NCBI GenBank assembly: GCA_028534125.1
Contig: CM052817.1
Coordinates: 70,124,001 to 70,188,000, forward strand
Direction: 5' to 3'
Source of the DNA: Lama glama
Lineage: Eukaryota
Length of the DNA: 64,000 nt
The first letter of the stretch is position 1. Each line of letters begins with the position of its first letter. Position numbers and translations under genes: made by a program. Shown here piece by piece: positions 53,655-64,000 of the stretch. Under the pieces are notes generated by a model, which was not told the DNA's origin, made no database searches, and was given only the letters and a program-made list of their open reading frames with translations.

Positions 53655-54883
53655 TTTTAAACAGATGGGTGCTCTCCACACTTCTTTATCATTGCATTTG
53701 TAACAAAATACTTTTCAATCACTTCTTGGCTGTAGTTTGGAGTCACTGTCTCTTCCCATTACACCCCTTAATGCCAGTTTCTTCCTCTTCATTTTAATGA
53801 CTCAGCACAGATGTTGGATTGAAGACTAGGAAAGAGATTACTAAAAACGGGGCTTTCCTAGTATTGATAGTAAAATATTTGCAAACCACTGCCCTGTTTA
53901 TGTCACTTAGGCTGCCCCAGAATTCCTCCAGATATCTTGAAAATTGCACGGAGCAACATCATCACAGCCAACAAGGAGACAGGTTAGTTTGTAGGAAAGC
54001 ACTGATCTTAGTCTAATTAGTCTCTAGAATTTCGTCAGTGCATGATAGATTGAATAGTAGTGGCTTCTCAGAGGCAGCAAATAATTTCTTTTCCTCTTCC
54101 CAGGTGAAAGGAAGATGAAAGTTGATTTTCTGCTGCCAACTTTAAGCATGCCTCCTGACCAGGATTGTGTAAAAATGTTTACTGAAAATATAAATGACTT
54201 TCCTTAAGCAAGTTACTCAAACTTTTCTGATTTCTCAAGCAGCTAAGTGAGGATAGTATCTCTTTTATAGAGTTGGAGAGATTAAATTAGAGCACGTAGA
54301 TGAAGAGTCAGGCAAACATCTTGGCACCATGAATGTACAGCACATGTTAATTACTGGCCTGATTCCTCTTACCCAGAAGCCTCAGTAGGGCTGTTTTTAT
54401 ATGATGCTTCTGACTCCAAAATTCCCAAGTTAAATGATCCGATCCTTACAAGACATTAATATCGCCAGTGACCCGCTTGATCATTTACTTCAGTGATCTG
54501 AGTAACCTTGTGATGCTGTTTGGAATTGTGCTCATGTGATCATCTTGTTATTTAAATGTCTGGACCAGTTTGATAGAAATTAGGTTAGGACATACAATCT
54601 TCAGGTTTATGCTCTGTTTGAAAATTCAGTAAATTCTTGGGAGACTCACAGAGTTCCTCTAGTGCAAGATTATGATGAATCTCTGAAATGGACGCGTTTC
54701 TATAGCCCCTTGCTTTCCTATAGTTATCTGTTTTGTCTGCAAAACTTCATGCAAGTAAGCCAAACTGAATTAAACATTTATTTCTCATTCTATTGCTATT
54801 TTAAATAAGGATTTATTTTTAAAAAGTACTTAATCAGTGATGCATCTTACACTAATAAGGGATCCTAAAGCTGGACATTGAGT

Positions 54884-55040
54884 GGGGTGACCATGTGTTT
54901 CTACTTGCCCAGGACAAGCTCAGTTTATGCCTGTTGTCCTGTTGTAGTTATTGAGAGCACCCATTTTAAACTCAAAGCGGTCCCAGTATGTACAGTGAGT
55001 CGTTTGCCCCAGTTTTGACAATAGGGTGGACTGCCCTGCA
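54884..55040 (+). mobile_element. MER94 (hAT-Blackjack) MITE
   Basis: 'gggtgaccatgtg..ttgcccaggacaagctcagtttatgcctgttgtcctg..ctcaaagcggtcccagt' matches the recalled MER94 layout. Confidence 0.7.
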
Positions 55041-55969
55041 GTGGTCCACAGTGTCCCATCACTAGCTATGCGGTCTCTCAGGAGCTCCAGCCTTGCAGCT
55101 GAATTACAAATGATTACATGGCATAGACCACTGAGGTTTCTCCCCAGTGGTCCACTATGAATAGCTGAATCTGCAGATGTCAAGGATCTCCAGGATTTAA
55201 ACACCCAAGGAGCCACATCTGTCCACCACTAAGCCCCACCTCTCGGATAGGATCCTGCAGTCTTTCAGCGGGCAGACCCCCACTTTGTTCAGAAGATTTC
55301 ATCAGTGTTTGAGGTTACTTCCTATCACCAAGTTTTTATGGCATCAGATCCCAACCCAGGTAGTTCTTTTTTCTGCCCACAAGCTGTATTGTGACTCGAG
55401 TGTGTTTCTTAAAGCAATGAATATGTAACTCATTAAATGCCTTCAAGGAAAGGGAGACATAAGGATCTAATTTTATTGACTGACATGGACAGCAGAGACA
55501 CACAGAGCCTGCTCACAATCCTTTGTAAACTTTGGATTCAGAGACACTTCTTCACCCCCTCCTGCAGTAGAGAGAGACGCCATCACACATGTTTATTGGC
55601 TGGCAGACGGCAGAGGTCTGCGGGCCATATGCATGCAAGGAGAACAACACGGACCTTGACAGGAGATGTTTCTTTTGAGCTCCATTTAGGAAAAATTTCT
55701 CTGTCCAGGGCTGGTGTGGTCACATTGTTGATGCCAAATCAGCTGATGAGAAGAACGCAGTGGACCATCCTGTGTACAGCTTACCCTCTGGAAAGGACTG
55801 TGTTCACACCAACTCAGAAATGCTGTCTCAAACAGCAACAAAAATTCCCGTTCCTGCTTAATAACACATTATGTTCTACGCAACATCTCACCTCAGTTTC
55901 ATGCACTTTAATTTAATCCCCAAACTTCTTAATCTGGATGGGAATAGAGCAGGTGCTTATGGTTAATAT

Positions 55970-56135
55970 AATACTAATGAAACAAGAACAATAGCAAACA
56001 TGTGGCACTTACTCTGTGCCAGATGCTGGGTTCTAGCCTCTTACATATAGTAACAAATATAATCCTCACAAAAATCTAGTGAGGTCGGCACTGTTACTGT
56101 TGTTATTTTCCAGGCAAGGAAACTGAGGCTCGGAG
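55970..56135 (-). mobile_element. MIR fragment
   Basis: 'gcacttactctgtgccag..aatcctcac..aaggaaactgaggctc'. Confidence 0.75.
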
Positions 56136-57096
56136 TCTGGCTCCAGAGTCTGTGCCTACCCTTTCCTGCCCTGCCTCTCATGCTCCCACGGTGTTCTAGG
56201 AGGCAGTCGGGGAATCGCAGCTTGTAAGAAGCATCTCCTGTCAAGTTCAGTGTGGCTCCGCTCACATGCATGTGGTCGACACTTCCTTGTCATCTGCCTG
56301 TCAATAATCATCCCTTTCCCTGAGGACTAGGGTCCCATCTCTGCCCTCAGCCTTCTCCTCTTTAGGCACAATATATCTAAATTCTTTTACTTCTTTCATT
56401 GTGAGGACTGCTTCCTAAACATTTAGTCATCTCGGTCGTCCCCTCCAAGTGCCCCGGAGCATGCTTCATCTGGACCCACAGACCTGTCCCACATCAGCCT
56501 CACCGACTGCATGAAGGAGAAGAGGGTTTTCGTATGGTTTCAGGATAAACAGGGCAATAGAAACAGACTCAGTCCAAATCCCCAAAACCATAGCCATTTA
56601 ACCAGGAGGGTAAGGCAACCATGAGCCTCTGATTGCTTTCTGTGACTAATGGGAGATAAGTCATTTAGTTTTCCATGAAGAGAGATCTATACTGATAAAG
56701 TTATAATCTACTTAAAAATCTGCCTTGGTCTCCCAGAAAACTGTGCTGGTAAGACACATGAATACATGTACCTTAAAGGAGATAAAGGAGAAGCCACACC
56801 ATGGCTCCAGCCAGCTGGCACACTACTTTGAAACCTCTCCTCCTTTAGTCAATGTTGGAAGATAATTGATGGTTAGATTTTTTTTTCTTGTTTCTTGTGG
56901 TATTGTGGTCTTTCTCCTTAGAGGATAGTCATCCTTTTAAGTGGGATCCAACAACCTTTCTCAAAGGTTGGAAGTAAAAACGGAGCCCAAACTACTTTCA
57001 AATGATATTTAATATCAGGTTGTCAGGGTTTTGGAATAGGAAGGTTTTTGCATTAGGAGGTTACTTGCTTGGTTACATTATTTGATTTTGTGAAAA

Positions 57097-57518
57097 AAGA
57101 TTTTTCTTTAGTGTCCACAGTATTTGTTAATTATTTATCAAGAGAAACTATTTCTTTGCCTTGATATTCATAGTTCATAGTTTCATAGTTTAGGAATGCA
57201 GGTAAGTGACAAACTTCCATGGAACTCACATTCCAAAATCACTCTGAAAGATACCATCCTTCCTCATCTCTTCAGAACCTTTTATGGAATCATAATTTCT
57301 GTAGAAATCTGCATATACTTTCTTTCCTGGTTCAGCTACAGCAAATTTAGAGAGAGCTGCAGCTTGCAGGGATACAGCAAATGCTCCAATAATACAAAAT
57401 TGAGGACACTTGGCCAAAAGGCCTCGCATGGGAGGTTTCGTCAAAGAACTGGAAGTCATGCTACGTATTCTCCTTGACAGCTCAACAAGGTCCTTCCAGA
57501 CTGATGGAGAAATGGACC
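57097..57518 (-). pseudogene. COX6C: Processed retrocopy of cytochrome c oxidase subunit 6C (CDS-like ORF 57459-57226)
   Basis: Intronless [63 protein letters not shown] matches COX6C (recalled: [39 protein letters not shown]). COX6C-like UTRs and a decayed poly-A near 57101-57109; TSD-like tgattt(t)tgtgaaaa at 57083-57096 and 57519-57533. Confidence 0.95.
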
Positions 57519-58679
57519 TGATTTTTGTGAAAATTTTATGTCCATTCCTAGGATATTTCAATAACCAACACACATGCACAATAGTTGCCCTCAACATACT
57601 AGTTTCTCATTCGCCTGTAATGTGTTAAGTTATGCTGCAGCATGGTTTAAAAATGCCATCTGGGTATATTCAGTTTCACAGTTTATGTTTGGTCTAGGTT
57701 GTCATTTGTGATGTAAACATGAACAAATGACAGCTTTCACCTTGCTCAGTTTGAAGGGGCTATCTCTGAAGACCTGCGTTTCTCAAGGTGAGACACGTGT
57801 CCCTTTGCTGGTTCACAGTGTGATATGAGGTGGTATACAATGAACTTTTAAAAGCATTTTATTAGTTATATATTTACTTAACATGTATTGGAAGAACTAT
57901 TTCTAACATGCCGAATCTGTTATTTTGTAGGTATTATTCTTTAAGATGAACTAAAGAGAAAAGGAATAGACTTAAAGGGAAAATTTTAGAGTAAATATAA
58001 ATATGCCTATTGGCCAATGCAACAAAAATTTTGAGGGAGATATGTGTGTAAATGTGTAAAAGGCTGTGTCATAAATGTGTAAAGTTTAGGACACACCAAC
58101 GTAGGATATCTTGAGACCCAGGAGCTTTGTTTTCCTTGGTCTATTGGTGGTTGTAGATAAGTGCCAAGAATCTTATTGCTCTTGTTCTGGTATGTTCTAG
58201 ATTTGTCTTTTAAACCTCAAAATTTCCTGCCCACCCCTGGCTCCTGTTCTGGCTCTTCCCTGTCCTTGGAATGCCCTTTCCAATCCTCTGCAGCTCTCCT
58301 GATTCTCCATTGTTCAAGGCCCATTTCAGGTAATATTTTTCTGTGAAGCCATTCCCACCCATGCAGTCTCATAGCGTTTGCTTTTTCTGTTACCCTGTCT
58401 CACACTGAATTCTCCCCTCCTTAGCCCCTGGGACAGAGCTTGCTAACCTGTGTGATATGCTGGGTGTTGAGTGGCCTTGGTTTGTATAGGATGGTCAGTC
58501 TAGGGGAAGGCAAAGGCAAAACCAATTCAAGCAAGCTACAGATCAAAGTAGGCTGAGAATTTATTAGCTCTGCTCATAAATATTCTTCCAAGTTGACCTG
58601 CTATCCATCAGGCCAGCCAAGAAAGCTCACATTCTCTCATATTATAAATTACATCATCAATCACCTAGGAACAATACTG

Positions 58680-59335
58680 TTAATTTTCAGGTGGCTTGCT
58701 TCTTCATTAGTCAAAATCCTAATTTCATTAATTTTTCTGAATTCTGGATTTCAAATTGTGAAGTCAAAGGATAGATGCATTTTAAATTTTGATGTTTTGC
58801 CAAGTTGTCCTTGACCAAAGTTGCATAATTTATCTCCCACTACACACTTGCCGACATGCTTGCTTTAACTTTAGATGTGCAGGTTAAAATAAGGGCATTT
58901 CATTGTTGTGTAAATTTGCATTTTAAAAATTATAAGTCATGCTTATATTTTTAAATTAAGAGTCATGTCTATAAAATTATGAGAAGCTTTTCATGTTCGT
59001 CCTTTGCTTATTTTCCTTTTTGCTTTTCTTACTTCTTCCTTCCCTACTTCTCTCCCTCTTTCTTTCCATCTTTCTTTTCTCTTTTCTTTTCTTTTTTTCC
59101 TACTGATTTATGAGATCTTTTTGTACCAAGCAGCATGTATTGCAAAAGTTTTACTCAAGTTTGTCTTTTTACTTTATTTGTAATGTTTTTTTCCTGCAGA
59201 ATTTAAAAATTTTGAGACAAATTCAATAGGTCAATCTTTTTTTTCACTTATGGTTTCTGGGTTTTATGGTTTTCTTAAAAATAGCTTCCCCATAGAATTT
59301 TTTTTAATCTGCACATTTTGAAACTCAGATTTCTA
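58680..59335 (-). mobile_element. Ancient L1M fragment
   Basis: T-rich decayed L1: 'ttcgtcctttgcttattttcc', 'tactgatttatgagatctttttgta', 'ttatggtttctgggtttt'. Confidence 0.55.
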
Positions 59336-60532
59336 ATTTTCCAAAGGATGATCTGTATTTGTTCTGTCTCAGCGGCGCGCAGCGGCACCAGCAGCCCACG
59401 CAGTTCCCGGGCGCGGGGTGGGTCCTCTCCTGGCCTCCGGGCGGCCTCACGTCTCCCCAGCGCTTTCCTTCTGTGTAGCTTGGCTTTGGCTTCAGCTCCT
59501 GAGCCCTGACTCAGGCCTTACTTGTTTGGATGTCTCTTGGAACCCACTTATTGAGCCCGTAGGCCTCAGTCTGGTATGTTACTGTTTGTTGACTGAATGT
59601 ATCAGAGGACCTGTATTCAACAGAGCGGCGTCTGGGACAAAGTAAAGTTCTGTACTATTTCCACTTTCCAACTGTTGCATTGAAATACCTTTTCACAGTT
59701 CAAAATGGTTAAATAGTTGAGGCTACTGATGGTGAAGACAAAATCAATTTTTCAAATTCTATCAGGATACTATTAAAAAAACCCCTGAGAAATACATATT
59801 TAGCTACACTCTATTTTACAATATTTGAAAAGATTGAATTATGGGTAATTCCTTTTAAATAATGGCATTGTCTAGCTGGGATGTGTAGGATGCTTGAAGT
59901 TTGAACTGAAGCCTTTTGGGAGGAAACATAGTAAGAAACTCTGCTAGAGCTGTTTTGAAGTGTCCTCACACTCTGAGGTGCGACTCTCCCATGGGTTTCC
60001 TGTGCCAGCTCCTCGTGGTCACGTCCCTTCTTGCCGAGTGCCATGTGACATCCATACACGGTTGTATTTGTTTTTGTGGGATTTTTTGTATTTATCACAA
60101 ACAAGTCAAGTCATTGATAAACTATTATAGACATACGTTTTATTTCCCACTAAATTTGGTTCTTTTTGTTAAAAATTATTCCACTTTTTGTTAGGGGGAA
60201 AGGGGTCTTAGGCTTTTCAAACAAGTCTGGAGGTATCGTAATAAGCCACCAACCAGCAACACCTCTGGTTTCCTTCAAGGTCATTCCAATCAAACTGTAA
60301 GACATGAGAACTATTTTATGAAGACCTCACTAGGAAATTCCACACCATGCTGAAAAACACTGGAACAGTGAATATTATCCACTGTAGGGAAATTGATATA
60401 CTTAAACATTTTATGCTGTGTTTTAAACCCATAGTCTCTTGCTGTATCATCAAATGAAAGGAAAAATACAAAACTGGGCTTCATCATCTGAGATTGTTTT
60501 TCACGGGATTGGAACGTTTATTAAGTCTTGTG

Positions 60533-60726
60533 AAGTGATGTGCTGGAGCTGGACGGCACCCAGCTTAGGAACGACGAACATGTACGTCTCTTCCCAACTC
60601 TGTTAAGTGACCTCATGTTGAGAGCTTGAAATTGGCTGTCATGGGAGTATTCACAGCGTGCAAATTGGCAGATACCACACATCAGGGCTTTGGTTTCCAG
60701 AGAGCCATTTTACCAGCACACCACTG
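60533..60726 (+). mobile_element. MER63A-like short hAT-Blackjack element (about 195 bp)
   Basis: TIRs 'agtgatgtgctgg' and 'ccagcacaccactg'; internal 'gggagtattcacagcgtgcaaattggca'. Confidence 0.8.
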
Positions 60727-61029
60727 GTTTCTGTCTACATACATTTTACCAAAGGAGGTGAATAATAGGCTATTTCTTGAATATTCACTTTCTCTGTCAC
60801 TGTTGGTGAATATCTAAGGGATTAAGTGACTGAAAAGTCAACAATTTGGCTTTAAATTATAGAGTAGGTATCTAGTTCTTGATTTAGCAAGTGTGACTTA
60901 GCAACAAATAAAATTTTAACTGAAAAAGAACGTAAACGTTTTGTAGGCCTGTATCCTAGCCTATGAATAACCCCAATACAAGATTGCCATTATTTTTTTC
61001 TGACCTGAAACTCTTCTCTCTTTTTACTG

Positions 61030-61570
61030 ATTAGTAGCATCTCAATGTTCCCATGGCAACTCTAGTTCCACATGGTTTAGGACGGCAGGATTGTTGACTC
61101 CACACCCACCCTCCTTTCTGCTCTCAAGGGTGTGCACATGACCAGGCCTGGCCAAAGAGCATGCTACATGCCCATGGCTGCAAGGTTTGTGCAGGGGTGA
61201 GCATGTGACTAGTGCTGGCTAATGGGATTGCTGCTTCCCAATGACCCTAGCAATAGGTCGGGTGAGGATCTTGACCCAAGCCATAGTGATTTCCAGAAAC
61301 TGCTGGTGCTATCAAGACAGAGGAAACTCCACTCCTGTTGTGTGGTTGGTGGAGTGTGAGACTGAGGCTGAAGTTGCCATCTTTGCCACCATCTTAGTAT
61401 CATGCCAACACAAAGGCAGGCAGAGCTGACTGATAGAGAGACTCCTAGTGATACCGTTTGAGCATCTTCTGTGCTGAATCTAGAATCACACTGAGCTAAT
61501 GTATTTCCTTTTTGTTTAAGCCATTTTAATCAGTCTTTGCCACTTGTAATTGAGAGCTCTCACTGATAGA
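61030..61570 (+). mobile_element. Old MLT1-class solo LTR
   Basis: 'cacatgaccaggcctggccaa..gcatgtgac..gccatctttgccacca..ttccttttgtttaagcc..cacttgtaattgaga..ctgata'. Confidence 0.65.
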
Positions 61571-64000
61571 GTTCCTTTCTATAATAACTCTGGGTACTCA
61601 GCAGCTGACTCGTGAATATGTCTAGAGACAGGATCCTCACTATTTTGTGAAGCAGTTCACTTCCCTTTTGATGATTCTGAATATTAAAAGACTATATTGA
61701 TCCTGAAGTTATCTCCTTTCATCGGTCCTCTGTGTATTGTCAGTGGCAACACTTGTAAGTGTACCTCTTTATTGGCCTTCCTGCCCTTTACAAACCCTGA
61801 GTTAATTACCATGATTCTGCTGAATCTTCTCTAGCTTAGCATTCTTAGCCTCCTCAAAGATCCTGCATGATTTTCGTCCTCCTAGTAACACTCTTCTGGG
61901 TGTACAACAGGTACTCAACGTCTTTTTTTAAAATGCGGCTCACTCATAGACCCAATATTTATCACAAGGTTGAACGCAGTAGAGAGGGATTATTATCTTG
62001 TTCCACCTGCAGGACTGACTGAGCGTGAAATGCCTAAGGGGAAGATGTATGGTTAAGATTTGGTTTCCGTTTCTATTTTTATTTATACTTCTATTTCTGT
62101 TATTTCACCCCTCCAGGGTTTATTTTCTCTTTCCACCCCAGGGGCCCACTCACCTTCTGTCCCCTCCTCTCTCTGCCTCACCACTGTTGCCTCTGCCCCT
62201 GCTCTTCCTCCAACCCAAGCTGCTGCTTATTATAACAAACAGTAATGAAAAAATTTGACTCGTATATTGAGTTGAAGTACAAAATATGTGATGTTTAATG
62301 TGCCACCTCCCTTCGGGTGTATATGTTTTTCCATAGACAAAGCCTTGTTTAATTTTGGTCAAACAACAAAAGTTGCAGTTGTAGGGTTTTAGCTGTGGTT
62401 GAACCGTTGGGAAGGTGCTTTATTGAAATTATGTCATGTTTCAGGCCCCTACTTTGCTCACAGAGTCTCTGCTGGCCTGAAATCTTCAGGGCCTTGCCTC
62501 CCAACCTGTCCCACTGCCCCGTCACGTGGACATCCTGCTCTTCTGAGCTTCGTGATCTCCAGCTGTGGTTTTGCCTTCTTAATCTTAAAGAAGTAAAATT
62601 CTTCTTATTTTCAACGGAAGACAGATTAGACAAAAACAAAGCAAAACAAAACAAAAACAAAAACTTGGAAGCTGGCACCATTTCTCCTGTGAAATGCACA
62701 AAGGTCATCCTGTCACTGGGACAGAGGTGATGCCAGTGTCCTGGATGGTGTCTGAGATAAGAATGAAGGTTACACATTTGACATCGCAGTGCTTTTGAGA
62801 TGACATATTTTGGCCATTTTAACCACTAAGTCCAACTCCATAGGTTTGATGGGTCAATTAGTCTATCTGATATCATCATTTAAATGACTAAAAATAGTAG
62901 ATCAATGTCTTCCTTTTCATTTTAGACACATAGATTTCATCTGGCTTTAGCATTCTTTTCATATTGCTAAATAAGGGTTTTTGGTATTTTTTTTTTGGTA
63001 GCTGTAACTGTACCCCCAGAGTTAGCCTAATTCCTGGCTCTTAAGAAATTTTTTGCAGTTGTTTGTTAAAATAACATGTAAATATAAATATTCAAAGCAA
63101 AATCACAAGGCTATTTAAAACTGCTCCTCAACATTTCAGTTCTTTAGCAAGTTTAATGGAGTTTTTCTATAAGACCTATTTATGGAGGAAAGTTTATGAT
63201 AATGTGGGTCCATCTGGTACTAAGTCCTAGGATGTTCATTTCTCAGAAGTTGCAGAAAGACCTCTTTATTATATGGCCTTTCCCTATGTCAGTGTGTATT
63301 GGAAGTAGGCCACCAGGCCAGCATTATAGTGACATCCCTGTGCATACACACATTAATTTCCTCAAGAAATAGATGATTTTCACCAGGCTGGCTCCTTCTC
63401 AAAATTCAAAACTTAATTTTCCTCTGGGTTAGTTTTCGTGTGAAGAATCCTTTCCAAATCACTTCCCAGTCTCTCTCCGTGAAACCACCGCTGGTTAATG
63501 GAAACTTAGGGCACCTGATGGAGTGGGGCACAATGGTAAATCCCTCGGTCTCTTTTTTTCTTTGGATAAACAGGTCTTTTCTGAGGGCCCTGCTGGTGGT
63601 TTGATCCTTGGCAGTTACTCTCCTCAAAAACGTGTCTTACGAGAGCAAGCAGTTCTTCCGAGTAGAATGGACACCTTTCAGAGTCCTTTCTGTTTGTTTA
63701 GTTTCTTGATTATATGAAGTACATTAAAACCAGTCTAAGGCCCATTAACATAATTTTCATGCATGTTAGTTCTGGCAAAACACACTAGGCAGGAACTGTA
63801 TGATAAATGAGATAAATAATTTTGATGGAGCAGGGAAATAAAATAAACTTTGCTATTTAAGAAAACAAACCATGACTGGTGGTGTGCATGGGGATCAGTT
63901 TGTGTTGGGGTGGCATCCTGAGGGTGGCCTCTCATCCTTAGAGTGTTCTGAGGAGAAAGAGCCACTGTCTAATTCTAATAAGGTATAGGTGCAGCTTTAA

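Noticed and set aside
54104..54250. Acceptor-like tttcttttcctcttcccAG at 54103
   Set aside because: Only weak donor candidates downstream; unsupported without RNA data.
55437..55916. 159-aa plus-strand ORF
   Set aside because: No recognisable domain or exon boundaries; an ORF of this length is plausible by chance in 64 kb.
1..64000. Naming the host gene, or calling a CRISPR, operon or other novel system
   Set aside because: No host coding exon was recognised, so no symbol is supportable. The DNA is mammalian and repeat-rich, with no spacer-repeat arrays or gene clusters.

Overview
Mammalian, essentially non-coding genomic DNA. A Vic-1-like tRNA-derived SINE and a cetartiodactyl-type L1 3' UTR, with no Alu, PRE or BovB/Bov-A seen, point to a camelid (alpaca, llama or camel). 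The window looks like the interior of a large intron or 5'-UTR region of an unidentified + strand gene. One strong 139-nt ATG-free exon candidate lies at 1308-1446 inside repeat-poor sequence. The rest is a mosaic of ancient repeats (MIR, L2, old L1M, MLT1/MLT2/MER21 LTRs, MER82, MER63 x3, MER94) plus three retro-insertions with visible target-site duplications: a young 5'-truncated L1 (32047-33383), a camelid SINE (50585-50737) and a COX6C processed retrocopy (about 57097-57518). The COX6C retrocopy's frame is still open, but its native stop has been shifted out of frame by a small deletion. Several repeat-free blocks carry dense transcription-factor motif clusters and are candidate enhancers or alternative promoters. 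Apart from COX6C and L1 ORF2 remnants, the ORF track is noise. I found no convincing evidence of a new biological system. Repeat subfamily names come from recalled consensus sequences, and boundaries without TSDs or TIRs are approximate.
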